Part shown: in pieces, positions 26,844 to 36,436 of the stretch
Layout of the letters: every line of letters starts with the position of its first letter
Numbering within the stretch: position 1 is the first letter of the stretch
Assembly: GCA_029260965.1 (NCBI GenBank)
Contig: JAJDCG010000001.1
Coordinates: 89,221-153,220, forward strand
Source: Candidatus Levyibacteriota bacterium
Lineage (GTDB): Bacteria; Patescibacteriota; Microgenomatia; Levybacterales; UBA12049
Reading direction: 5' to 3'
Length of the DNA stretch: 64,000 nucleotides
The notes under the pieces: model-generated
What the model saw: only the letters and a program-made list of their open reading frames with translations
The model's database searches: none
What the model was told of the DNA's origin: nothing
Made by a program: the position numbers and the translations under genes

Positions 26844-27113
26844 ATGACACACTTGGTTAAAAGAAAAGGGCATATTGAGGAATTTGATGAGCGCAAGATC
26901 TACGCTAGCGTTTTTGCATCCTGTATGGTGCTTCGCATGACTGATGAAGAATCAGAAGTAATTGCAGATATGGTAACCCATGAGGTGCTGGATGCTCTTA
27001 AAAAAGAAAAAGACATACAAGCACACAAAATTCACGAAGAAGTTGTAAAGACATTGAGAAAGTATAATCCTGATGTAGCCTACATGTATGACACTCACAA
27101 GGATATTTATTAA
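26844..27113 (+). CDS. stand-alone ATP-cone domain protein
   Basis: MTHLVKRKGHIEEFDERKIYASVFASC matches the ATP-cone pattern (VIKRDG..E.FD..KI..AI). 89 aa. Confidence 0.55.
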   Translation: MTHLVKRKGHIEEFDERKIYASVFASCMVLRMTDEESEVIADMVTHEVLDALKKEKDIQAHKIHEEVVKTLRKYNPDVAYMYDTHKDIY

Positions 27114-27136
27114 AAGGTACCACAGGAAATTTAAGT

Positions 27137-28519
27137 ATGCTTAGTAGATTTAGAAAAAAACATCATTACGATTACGATCTTATTGTCATCGGATCAGGTG
27201 CAGGTGGATCAGTTGGTGCCCATTATGCGCGTGATCTTGGTAAAAAAGTTGCTATCTTTGAGGCAGATGCGATAGGTGGAGAGTGTCCGAATTTCGCATG
27301 CGTACCAACCAAGGCTCTTCTCCATGCTTCTCATGCGTATAATCAATCCCAAAATTTAAAATTTTTAGGAACAGAAGTCGGAGAATCATCATTAAACTAT
27401 CATGCTGTTAAAAAATGGAAAGATTTGGTTGTTTCGCGCACTGGAGCTGCTCACGGTACTGAGTCATTTCAAAAAGACGGTATTGATGTAATAAAACATA
27501 AAGCATCATTTATCTCATCTCATGAAGTGGAAGCAGGAGGCAAGACTTATTCTGCAGCTAAATTTTTAATAGGTACAGGATCAGGTATTTTTGTGCCTCC
27601 AATTACAGACCTTGAGGATGTGGGGTATATCACATATAGAGAAGCAGTAGATCTTGAAAAGCCTCCAGGATCAATCCTTATTTTTGGTAGTGGAGCTGTG
27701 GGTTGTGAATTTGCACAGATTTTTTCTGATTTTGGATCTAAAGTAACTATAGTTAATAGATCTAATCAGGTTTTAAGCAAGGAAGATGAGGAGGTCGGTG
27801 ATTTGGTGAAGGCGCTTTTTGAAAATGTTGGCATACAGGTATTGACTGGGACGAGTGTTATAAGAGTTGAGAAAAAAGGCAACAAAAAAATAGTTCATTT
27901 CCAAAAAGGGTCAGAGCAGTATTTTGGAGAATATGACGAGATTTTGATTGCAACTGGTAAGAAGCCTCTTCTCAACTTTGCTCCAGAAAAAGCAGACATA
28001 GAGGTTGATCAAGGTAGGCTTGTTGTTAACAAGTATCTTCAGACCACAAATCCTCATGTTTTCGCAGCAGGTGACGTGGTGGGACCATATCTCTTCACAC
28101 ATACAGGCTATTATCAGAGCTACATAGCAGCTCACAACGCTTTCTCAAGCAAGAAGCTTAAACCAGACCTGACTGTGGTGCCAAGATGTGTATTTATCAG
28201 GCCTGAGGTTGCATCTGTTGGCATGAGTGAGGCGGATGCTGTTAATAAGAAGATTAAAATCAGAAAAGGTATTGTACCGATCTCTATTTTGGGACGTTCA
28301 AATACCTCAAATGATTTTGACGGATTTGTAAAAATAATTACTGATGAAAATTATTTCATAATAGGGGGTTCAATTGTCGCGCCTCGTGCTGGAGAGTTGA
28401 TTCACGAAGTAGCACTAGCTATAAAAACACACACAACAGCTCGTGAATTATCTGAAATGATTCATGCCTATCCTACCTTCTCTGAAGGGATAAAAATCGC
28501 TGCAAGCGTGGTGGAATAG
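27137..28519 (+). CDS. class I pyridine nucleotide-disulfide oxidoreductase (dihydrolipoamide dehydrogenase / mercuric reductase family)
   Basis: The FAD site is YDLIVIGSGAGG. The redox-active disulfide is GGECPNFACVPTK. The NAD site is ILIFGSGAVGCEFA. The C-terminal dimerisation motif is HAYPTFSE. Confidence 0.8.
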   Translation: MLSRFRKKHHYDYDLIVIGSGAGGSVGAHYARDLGKKVAIFEADAIGGECPNFACVPTKALLHASHAYNQSQNLKFLGTEVGESSLNYHAVKKWKDLVVSRTGAAHGTESFQKDGIDVIKHKASFISSHEVEAGGKTYSAAKFLIGTGSGIFVPPITDLEDVGYITYREAVDLEKPPGSILIFGSGAVGCEFAQIFSDFGSKVTIVNRSNQVLSKEDEEVGDLVKALFENVGIQVLTGTSVIRVEKKGNKKIVHFQKGSEQYFGEYDEILIATGKKPLLNFAPEKADIEVDQGRLVVNKYLQTTNPHVFAAGDVVGPYLFTHTGYYQSYIAAHNAFSSKKLKPDLTVVPRCVFIRPEVASVGMSEADAVNKKIKIRKGIVPISILGRSNTSNDFDGFVKIITDENYFIIGGSIVAPRAGELIHEVALAIKTHTTARELSEMIHAYPTFSEGIKIAASVVE

Positions 28520-28527
28520 CTGAATAC

Positions 28528-28737
28528 TTGACAAGTCATTAAAAAAAGTATTACGCTAGATATGTCTGATTGGTGTACAACTGTCTGACTTGCCAATAAA
28601 TTAGGCTTTCTAGAGACTTAGTTTTGCGGGACTATAAAATTCGAAAGGCATGGGAATCGGCTTGGAGGGTAAAACCGATAAGTTGAAACTTGTGAACTTT
28701 CAACAAAGAGATCTGTCACAAGCAGATCTTTTTGTTT
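28528..28737 (+). promoter_or_regulatory. putative structured leader/sRNA: promoter-like TTGACA, two hairpins, and an intrinsic terminator immediately upstream of gene 28782
   Basis: TTGACA at 28528-33. A hairpin GTTGAAA-cttgtgaac-TTTCAAC at 28682-28704. A terminator hairpin AGATCTG-tcacaag-CAGATCT plus TTTTTGTTT at 28709-28737. Confidence 0.4.
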
Positions 28738-28781
28738 ATACACCAGATGTAGTATTTATTACGTTTATATATAATTAATCT

Positions 28782-29669
28782 ATGGATGACAATGAATGGT
28801 GGAAAGATCCAACAGTTACTGGTAAAGCACCGTTGGGTAATGTGGGAAATAGTTTAAGTGAAAAAAATGGTGATAAAAAAACTTGGTGGGATCAAGGACT
28901 TCCTCCAGTCCAAGACCAAGATGAACCTAAGCCACTGGTATTTGCCAAAGGAGCTGATAATCCTTTTTTCAATTCTGTTTCAAAAATTGTTGAGTCACGT
29001 CTAAAAGACTTAGATTTAGACGGTGAGGCGGAGATGCTTAATCCTGCATGGTGGGAATGGAACAAGAGAAACCAAACATCCGGTAGACTACGAGAAGAAA
29101 ACGAACCTGTACAAACAAGAAAATTGATCTTTCAAGAAATAGCCAGCCAGGGCAAGGGCTGGAAATTTCATCTGAATTTTGATGCGCAAGATCCCGCAAA
29201 AGTACAAACAGTTGGTAATTTTCTAACTGCAATGGAAGAATGCGGGGCAATAACTGCATTTAAAATTGGAAAAGGTGGTGGTAAAGAGTCTGATGCTCCA
29301 GGAAAAGAAGCGACTGTTTATATTGGGCATCGGAATAAAGCAAATGCCATGGCTCCAATTATTGAAGAAGCGCTGGGAGGTGTTCTGGATGATCCCGAAG
29401 GAGATGCTCTTAAAGACGATGTGGTCTTTACGCCACTTGTAAGGGGACGCTTCGAGATTACAAACCTTGATCCTGAATTTCATCAGTATGGTGCGAAAGG
29501 TCATCCGTTGTTAAGAGATGATATGAGAGGTAGTCCTCAATGGCAAAGGACAAGTATGGTCGATGAGCAAGATAGTGCTAGATTTAAAAAGGAAGCTACT
29601 GCGCGAGCCAATAGCTGTCTTAAAGAACGCTATGGAGTTTTTTATACTGGTTCACAAGCTGCAGTCTAA
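28782..29669 (+). CDS. hypothetical protein (GC-richer orphan, W/D/E-rich)
   Basis: 295 aa with no recognisable motif. Composition is clearly GC-richer than neighbouring genes. Confidence 0.45.
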   Translation: MDDNEWWKDPTVTGKAPLGNVGNSLSEKNGDKKTWWDQGLPPVQDQDEPKPLVFAKGADNPFFNSVSKIVESRLKDLDLDGEAEMLNPAWWEWNKRNQTSGRLREENEPVQTRKLIFQEIASQGKGWKFHLNFDAQDPAKVQTVGNFLTAMEECGAITAFKIGKGGGKESDAPGKEATVYIGHRNKANAMAPIIEEALGGVLDDPEGDALKDDVVFTPLVRGRFEITNLDPEFHQYGAKGHPLLRDDMRGSPQWQRTSMVDEQDSARFKKEATARANSCLKERYGVFYTGSQAAV

Positions 29670-29671
29670 TT

Positions 29672-30661
29672 TTATAAAAGATCTATTACCGCTTTTGCTA
29701 GTTTGTCAGGATCGTGGCGAATAATTGAGCGTCTTTGTTGGTCTGCAATATTTTTCTTGAGAATCACGTCTTTGATTAGATTATTGCTGATAATCTTAAA
29801 TGTATTTATTTTTTCTAGATTATTTAAAACAGGTTCCTCAGCAAATTTTTCGTACCACTCAAGAGTTTTTTTATTTGGCATCTTATTATTTACCAAGACA
29901 AAATCCAGCATATTTTTACCAATATATTTTTCAAGATCCTGTACATGATCAGAAGCGCTGTAATGGGTCGTTTGTCCGTATTTTGTCATCAGGTTTAGCG
30001 CATAGACTTTTTTAGCTTTTGATTTTTTGAGAGCGTTTGTAACACCTCCAACTAGCAGATTCGGGATGATGCTGGTATAGAGATCGCCAGGTCCGATGAG
30101 GATGAGATCAGCATGCGTTATTGCATTTATTGCAGTAGGGTTTGAGATTACTTTTGGTTTTAGAAAGGCTTTTTTTATGCGTGACCGTTTTTTCTTGCCA
30201 TCAGCATCGTCTATGTGTGTCTCGCCCTCAATTATTTTACCATCTATCAATTCAACGCAGAGATCAGTTTTGCTAAAAGTTACAGGCGCGACCGTGCCCT
30301 CAATTTTCAAAATTTTTCCAATTTCTGAGATTGCTTTTTCAATACTTCCCGTTGTTTTTTCAAGAGTTGACAAGAATATGTTGCCAAAAGTATGCCCTTT
30401 TAGATTACCATCCTCAAATCTATAGGTAAAAAGATCTCGCATCAAGGTGCTGGAATGAGAAAGAGCAACAAGACATTGTCTGATATCTCCGGGGGGTAGT
30501 ACTCCGAGTTCGTCTCGTAGCCTACCGCTTGATCCACCACTATCCATCATAGTAACAACTGCAGTAAGATTAACAGGATATTTTTTGAGACCTGTGAGCG
30601 CTGTGAAGCTGCCAGTTCCTCCACCTATTACTACAATCCGAGGTTTAGAATTTTTATTCAT
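29672..30661 (-). CDS. YvcK/gluconeogenesis factor (CofD-like, UPF0052) family protein
   Basis: The N-terminus is PRIVVIGGGTGSFTALTGLK. A later segment is TMMDSGGSSGRLRDELGVLPPGDIRQCLVALS. Confidence 0.75.
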   Translation of the reverse strand: MNKNSKPRIVVIGGGTGSFTALTGLKKYPVNLTAVVTMMDSGGSSGRLRDELGVLPPGDIRQCLVALSHSSTLMRDLFTYRFEDGNLKGHTFGNIFLSTLEKTTGSIEKAISEIGKILKIEGTVAPVTFSKTDLCVELIDGKIIEGETHIDDADGKKKRSRIKKAFLKPKVISNPTAINAITHADLILIGPGDLYTSIIPNLLVGGVTNALKKSKAKKVYALNLMTKYGQTTHYSASDHVQDLEKYIGKNMLDFVLVNNKMPNKKTLEWYEKFAEEPVLNNLEKINTFKIISNNLIKDVILKKNIADQQRRSIIRHDPDKLAKAVIDLL

Positions 30662-30756
30662 GTCTGTTTTAATATCAAATTTCAGCCGTTTGTGCAAGCG
30701 ATATGAGCATTAAGGATTCTATTATACTTTATACTTACTTATTTAATACCAAAAAT

Positions 30757-32544
30757 TCATTTAACAGTTACGCTTTTTGCCAGGTTTCTTGGTTTGTCAG
30801 GGTCATAGCCTTTTTTAAGTGCCAGCTCATAGGCGATAAGTTGTAGCGGAACTATTTGAGAAAGTGCTGTTGCATCAGATGTATTTTTAACTTCTATAAA
30901 ATAATCAAAAGCCGGATGATTTTTGTTGCTCACACCAATTATTATTCCACCGCGGGATCTTATCTCTATGGCGTTTGATAAAATAGCATCATGTGTTTCA
31001 TCCAGGGGAGCAAAAACAATACAGGGCGTTCCTTTTGAGATAAGGGCAATTGTTCCATGTTTTAGCTCTCCCCCTGCCAGTCCCTCAGCATGAATATATG
31101 AAACTTCTCGTATTTTGAGTGCTGCCTCAAGCGCAGTTGGATATGAAACACCTCTTCCGATGATGTAGATATGTTTGTTTTTTGCAAGCAATTCAACCAC
31201 AGGCTTAAGTTTTTTTTTGTTTTTTATTATTTTTTCAATCTCATTTGCAGATTCAATTAGTTGTTCCGATGCAGTTTTTGAGCTATTTACTAATTGATAA
31301 GAGAGCATTAGAAGTATTGATAGTTTGGCAATATATGCCTTCGTTGAGGCAACAGCTTGTTCTATCCCTGCTCCCAAGAGAATTTTTTCATCGCTCATTC
31401 GGTAAATTGTTGAACCCTGAGTGTTGGTGAGAGTTGCTATTTTGGCTTTTTTCTTTTTTGCAATTGTGAGTGGTTCTACTACATCTATTGTTTCTCCAGA
31501 TTGTGAAAGCGCAATTATGAGACTTTTATTTTTGATAAAATCAAGAAGATAATTAAATTCAGACGCATATGCCATATTGACATGTTTATTAGCTATTTTT
31601 GAGAAAAAATATGTACCTATTAAACCCGCAAAAGAAGCAGTTCCTGCACCGATAAAAAAAGTACCCTTTGCCGTTTTAATTGTTTTTGTTAGGGATGAGA
31701 CTTGGTCTTGATAGGTAGTCGCGATATTACGGATTATATTTGGTTGTTCTGAAATTTCTTTTATCATAAAATGAGGAAATTTTCCCTTTTTTAAATTTTG
31801 ACTTTTCCAATTTATAGTTTCGAAATTTATTTTTTGTTTTTTACCATCTCCCAGATTTATTAGCTGAAGATTTTTACCAATTATTGCCATCTCATTGTCT
31901 TTTATAAAAAGCATTTTTTTTGTGTGTGGTAAGATGCTTGTTGCATCAGATGAAACAAAAAATTCTTTTTTATTCTCTCCAATTACTAGGGGGGAGCCTG
32001 TTTTAGCAATTACCATCTCGCTTGATATTGAGTATGCAGCAACAATTGCATTCATTCCCCTTAACATGTTAAATGCATTTCTTACTGAAGTTGCAAAACC
32101 AAATTTTTTTAATTCTTCTTCAATTAGATGAGGAATGATTTCAGAATCAGTATCAGATAAAAATTTATGATGTTTTTTTTCAAGTAGCTTTTTTAATTCT
32201 TGATAATTTTCAATTATTCCATTGTGAATTATGCTTATTTTTCTTGTACAGTCGATATGTGGATGTGCATTTTTGTCTGTAACCCCACCGTGAGTTGCCC
32301 ATCTGGTGTGGCCCAAGGCCAAACTAGAATTAAGAATTAAGAATTTAGAATTTAGTTTTGCATCAGCTATTTTCCCAGTACGTTTTTCTACAACGAATTT
32401 TGTTTTTTGCTCTTTGTTTCCCCCCTTTTCTTTTACTGCCACACCCCAAGAATCATAGCCTCTATATTCAAGCAGCTTGAGTCCCTCAAGGACAGTCTGA
32501 GCAGCATTTTTTTTAGTTCCTACGTAGCCGAAAATTCCACACAT
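30757..32544 (-). CDS. glmS: glutamine--fructose-6-phosphate aminotransferase (isomerising)
   Basis: MCGIFGYVG at the N-terminal Cys-hydrolase, followed by two SIS domains. 595 aa. Confidence 0.9.
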   Translation of the reverse strand: MCGIFGYVGTKKNAAQTVLEGLKLLEYRGYDSWGVAVKEKGGNKEQKTKFVVEKRTGKIADAKLNSKFLILNSSLALGHTRWATHGGVTDKNAHPHIDCTRKISIIHNGIIENYQELKKLLEKKHHKFLSDTDSEIIPHLIEEELKKFGFATSVRNAFNMLRGMNAIVAAYSISSEMVIAKTGSPLVIGENKKEFFVSSDATSILPHTKKMLFIKDNEMAIIGKNLQLINLGDGKKQKINFETINWKSQNLKKGKFPHFMIKEISEQPNIIRNIATTYQDQVSSLTKTIKTAKGTFFIGAGTASFAGLIGTYFFSKIANKHVNMAYASEFNYLLDFIKNKSLIIALSQSGETIDVVEPLTIAKKKKAKIATLTNTQGSTIYRMSDEKILLGAGIEQAVASTKAYIAKLSILLMLSYQLVNSSKTASEQLIESANEIEKIIKNKKKLKPVVELLAKNKHIYIIGRGVSYPTALEAALKIREVSYIHAEGLAGGELKHGTIALISKGTPCIVFAPLDETHDAILSNAIEIRSRGGIIIGVSNKNHPAFDYFIEVKNTSDATALSQIVPLQLIAYELALKKGYDPDKPRNLAKSVTVK

Positions 32545-32547
32545 AAT

Positions 32548-33027
32548 TTAATCTTTCGAGTTTATAACGGGTATTATATCATTTAGGTTCTGGATTGTAA
32601 TATCAGGAAAAAATTCTTTGGTATTTTGATTTGTATTTGAGTACCTGCCTCGGTTGAAAAAAATCGTTACAAGAGTAGGAAGCGCATGTTTGGCGTGTGA
32701 TAAATTTATCAAAAGATTATCTACGAAGAAAATTTTCCCATCAAAGTTTTTATATTTTTTTAGTTCGTTTATCAGATTTGCATCTTTTTGAGCAACAATG
32801 TGGAGATGGTCCTTGCTGAAAAAGTGAATTATTTTTGTTTCTATTAGTTTTTTGTTTTGAAATTCAACATTTCCCTTGGATAAGATACCCAGTAGAGTAA
32901 TTTGAGATAATTCAGCTAACGTTTTTTCAACATCTGGATATAGGTGGAATTCAGTAAGGGAGCTTTTCTTGAAGCGGTTCGTATCAAAAAGAACATCGTC
33001 AATGTCAAAAAGAATTAATTTTTGCAT
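32548..33027 (-). CDS. HAD-superfamily hydrolase (small)
   Basis: The first Asp motif is MQKLILFDIDDVLFD. The size and layout fit a HAD phosphatase. Confidence 0.55.
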   Translation of the reverse strand: MQKLILFDIDDVLFDTNRFKKSSLTEFHLYPDVEKTLAELSQITLLGILSKGNVEFQNKKLIETKIIHFFSKDHLHIVAQKDANLINELKKYKNFDGKIFFVDNLLINLSHAKHALPTLVTIFFNRGRYSNTNQNTKEFFPDITIQNLNDIIPVINSKD

Positions 33028-33029
33028 TT

Positions 33030-33671
33030 TTAATTTTTAATTATCTCGTTTTCTTGGTGCGTGCCAGTTACGGATATTAGTGGATAGACAATTGTACTTT
33101 TGCCAAGGATTGTTCCAGGGTTAAGAACGGAGTTGACACCTACATTTGATCCATCTCCTATTATTGCGCCTAGTTTTCTGAGACCAGTTTGATATTTTTC
33201 TTTACCGGAGCTTACGGATACTGGTTTTTTATCCAGTCTATAATTTGCAAGTATTGATCCTGCGGACAGGTTGACTTTATTGCCAATAATACTATTTCCA
33301 ACATAATTAAAATGTCCGGCAATACTCCCATTTAGAAAAATACTGTCTTTTACTTCTACTGCGTGGCCTGCTTTCGCATTGTCTGCGAAGAGACACGCTC
33401 CGCGAAGAAATGCACCATGAGAAATCATGCAGTTTTTGCCTATGATTGCAGGACCTGTGATCTCAGCTGTTTCATGAACTACTGTTCCCTCGCCGATATA
33501 GACGTCATTGCGGTTTTTGTAGTTTGATTTTATTTTTCCTGACTTGAACTGTTCTCGGATGTATTCTTCAAGATTATTAAAAACTTCCCATACATTCTCC
33601 TTGTCTTTAAAAAGATCAGCAAAATATATATCAGATAAGTCAAAAAAATTTTTAGCTGAAAAACTATTCAT
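33030..33671 (-). CDS. left-handed beta-helix (hexapeptide-repeat) acyl/acetyltransferase, GlmU C-terminal-domain-like
   Basis: Repeated [LIV]-G-x-x-x-x hexapeptides, for example IGKNCMISHGAFLRGACLFADNAKAGHAVEVKDSIFLNGSIAGHFNYVGNSIIGNKVNLSAGSIL. It is adjacent to glmS. Confidence 0.6.
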   Translation of the reverse strand: MNSFSAKNFFDLSDIYFADLFKDKENVWEVFNNLEEYIREQFKSGKIKSNYKNRNDVYIGEGTVVHETAEITGPAIIGKNCMISHGAFLRGACLFADNAKAGHAVEVKDSIFLNGSIAGHFNYVGNSIIGNKVNLSAGSILANYRLDKKPVSVSSGKEKYQTGLRKLGAIIGDGSNVGVNSVLNPGTILGKSTIVYPLISVTGTHQENEIIKN

Positions 33672-33730
33672 AGTCTATGTATTCTACCATAATTGCAAAA
33701 GACCGAAAGGGAGTATATACTTTCCTCAAT

Positions 33731-35494
33731 ATGGATGAGGTAGATCAAATAAGAGATAAAACAGATATTGTATCTTTGATTTCTGAGTATGTGACTGTAA
33801 AAAAAGCAGGCAGGAATTTTAAGGCAAATTGTCCATTTCACAATGAAAAAACCCCGTCATTTGTTATATCTCCAGAACGCCAGATCTGGCATTGTTTCGG
33901 GTCATGTAACAAGGGAGGGGATGCGTATAGTTTTGTTATGGAGTATGAGAAAGTTGATTTTCCAGAGGCACTTAGGATGCTTGCTAAGAGGTCTGGAATA
34001 GAGCTTTCCCAATCAAGAGATACAGGTGTCACCTCTTCACAAAAAGAAAGCTTTTATAGAATAAATGCTCTTGCAAAGGAGTATTACCATTATATACTTA
34101 CAAAACATAAAGCAGGTGAAAAGGCATTGAGTTATCTCAAGAAACGAGGAATTAATGAAAAGTTAATTGAATCTTTTAAGGTTGGTTTTGCACCTCGTAC
34201 ACAAGATGGTTTAGTAAAGTATCTTACTCAGAAAAAAAAGCATAACATTCAGGATGTTATTGAGGCAGGACTTGCTTTTAAAAAGGGCGTACAGCCAACA
34301 GATTTTTTTTGGGGTAGACTTATTTTCCCATTAGTTGATCACAGGGATAACGTGGTCGGATTTTCAGGGCGAATCCTTGATAATAATTCTTCTGTTTCTA
34401 AGTATATAAATACGAGGGAGACGCTTGTTTATCACAAAAGCGATCATGTTTTTGGACTTAATATCACAAAAGAATCAATCAGACGTGAGAATCAGGTCAT
34501 AATAACTGAGGGAGAATTTGATGTGATGGCATGTTACAAAAATGGTATTGGAAATGTGGTTGCTGTGAAGGGCACAGCGCTTACTGAAGCGCAGGTTAAT
34601 CTTATTGGACGCTTTGCGGAAAAAATTACATTCTGTTTTGATACTGACAAAGCAGGACTTGAGGCAATAAAGAGAAGCATAGGAGTAGTTGAGAAAAAAG
34701 GTCTTTCTCCGACAGTTATTGAGATAGTGGGTGGAAAAGATGCGGATGAAGCTCTTTTGAAAAACCCTACTGGTTTTAAGAAAGCAGCAAAAGAAGACGT
34801 ATCTGTTTATGAATTTTTGATTAAAAAGGCACTTGAATTATTTGATGTAAATATAGCAGATGGAAAGAAAAAATTTTCCAATGAAACACTTCCTTATGTA
34901 GCGCAAATCGGCAACGAAATAATCAAAGAGCACTATCTAAAAAAGATTGCTAAAGAACTGGATACATCATATGAGAGTATCCAGAAAGAGGTTGAGAGGA
35001 TAGGTAAAAAGATAGAAAAGACAGAAGTTAAAATAGATGCTGTCAGCAAAAGACCACAAGATGAAATCCTTGAGGAGTATTTGCTCGCGCTGATTCTCCA
35101 ATCAGATAATCGGAGTGAGGATCTCAAATCCGCGATACAGATATTGTCAGATACGGGAATTGCTAAAAAATCCCAACACAAGATAATGGATAAGCTTTCA
35201 GAGTTTTTGGGAAAAAATAAAAAATTTGATGCCGATAAATTTATAAATACTCTTCCACAGGAGCTTTTGTCCTCATATGATACGAGTTTTCTTTTCCCAC
35301 TACCTGAGTTCAGTGATGAGAAGCACTATCACAATGAGGTTGAAAAAATAGCTAAGAACCTGAAGACTATCTATGTCCGAGAAAGGCTGAAGGAAGTATC
35401 TGAGGAGATAAGGCAAAAAGAGCGGGATGGAAAAGAGAAGGATATAGAAAAATTACAGAAAGAGTATTCAGCTCTCGTAGCGAATTTAGGTTGA
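33731..35494 (+). CDS. dnaG: DNA primase
   Basis: The CHC2 zinc finger is CPFHNEKTPSFVISPERQIWHCFGSC. The TOPRIM is VIITEGEFDVMA...DTDKAG. Confidence 0.85.
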   Translation: MDEVDQIRDKTDIVSLISEYVTVKKAGRNFKANCPFHNEKTPSFVISPERQIWHCFGSCNKGGDAYSFVMEYEKVDFPEALRMLAKRSGIELSQSRDTGVTSSQKESFYRINALAKEYYHYILTKHKAGEKALSYLKKRGINEKLIESFKVGFAPRTQDGLVKYLTQKKKHNIQDVIEAGLAFKKGVQPTDFFWGRLIFPLVDHRDNVVGFSGRILDNNSSVSKYINTRETLVYHKSDHVFGLNITKESIRRENQVIITEGEFDVMACYKNGIGNVVAVKGTALTEAQVNLIGRFAEKITFCFDTDKAGLEAIKRSIGVVEKKGLSPTVIEIVGGKDADEALLKNPTGFKKAAKEDVSVYEFLIKKALELFDVNIADGKKKFSNETLPYVAQIGNEIIKEHYLKKIAKELDTSYESIQKEVERIGKKIEKTEVKIDAVSKRPQDEILEEYLLALILQSDNRSEDLKSAIQILSDTGIAKKSQHKIMDKLSEFLGKNKKFDADKFINTLPQELLSSYDTSFLFPLPEFSDEKHYHNEVEKIAKNLKTIYVRERLKEVSEEIRQKERDGKEKDIEKLQKEYSALVANLG

Positions 35495-35534
35495 CAAACT
35501 AGTAAAAACGGAGTATTATTTCAGCCAGATAGCA

Positions 35535-36359
35535 ATGAGGACAGAACATGTAAGGCCAGGCAATGACATTATTGGTTCATCTAGGGAACGACTCTTACCC
35601 CCTCTTTCTTTGCAAGAACAGGTAACAAGAGGTGCCAAAAAATTATTCTTCGGTTTTCCATTTGCTTTTGTTGGAAAAGATTTAGACGATTATCTTCAAG
35701 ATTTTTATGTTCCTGCGGGAGTAAAACAACTACTTGAGCATAAAGACGATACGCTTGTGGTGATTGATCCCCGAATTTCTCGTTCACAACAGGTCTATCA
35801 ACAATATCATGGCTCAAGGAGATCAGAAACGCTGGGTGTAAGTTTAGTATCAGAATTCGAGCTACCAAATGCTTTTTCCAGATATGGAGGAGAGGAGCAG
35901 ATCAGAAGAGAGCAAAACAAAAAAAGGCTAGATTGGGATGTAGTAGATATCAATGGCACACAAACTTCGCCTTATGTGATTTGGGTTAGAACTGATTCAT
36001 CAACTAATAGGCCTGGAGCAACTATCGATGTAGCAAAAACATTGGATGAGGGTCAAGTAGGTTTATCACTTACTGAATTACTACATGTTAATCTTTTTGC
36101 ACCCCACCTACTTACAAATTTCAATCCAGCATTGGGCTCAGAAGTGCCGTATAAGATTCGAGCTGAATCTGGCGTAGAAGGAGATGGTCTTCAGGAAAGG
36201 AATCTTTCTCCAGCTTTAGTGAGAGATGGTTTTGGAAATAAAAAATTGGTTGTTTGTTTTGGCCAGGGTGTGGGGCTGCACTATAATTCAGCTTTGAGCC
36301 GTGGAAGAGATGTGATAATGCTTGGTCCAAAAGATTCTGATAACATGGTCAAAGCGTAA
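35535..36359 (+). CDS. hypothetical protein (GC-richer orphan inserted between dnaG and rpoD)
   Basis: 274 aa with no recognisable domain. Composition is GC-richer than the flanks. Confidence 0.4.
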   Translation: MRTEHVRPGNDIIGSSRERLLPPLSLQEQVTRGAKKLFFGFPFAFVGKDLDDYLQDFYVPAGVKQLLEHKDDTLVVIDPRISRSQQVYQQYHGSRRSETLGVSLVSEFELPNAFSRYGGEEQIRREQNKKRLDWDVVDINGTQTSPYVIWVRTDSSTNRPGATIDVAKTLDEGQVGLSLTELLHVNLFAPHLLTNFNPALGSEVPYKIRAESGVEGDGLQERNLSPALVRDGFGNKKLVVCFGQGVGLHYNSALSRGRDVIMLGPKDSDNMVKA

Positions 36360-36436
36360 AGCTAAAATAGCTTTAGTGTTCTCAAAATAATCTTCTGTCT
36401 ACCTAGATTTGCCAATTTGTGTTAAAATAAGAAACT

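Noticed and set aside
32335-32360. aagaattaagaatttagaatttag tandem-like repeat
   Set aside because: It lies within the glmS coding region (NSKFLILNSSL on the minus strand). It is short and imperfect. It is just an AT-rich codon run.
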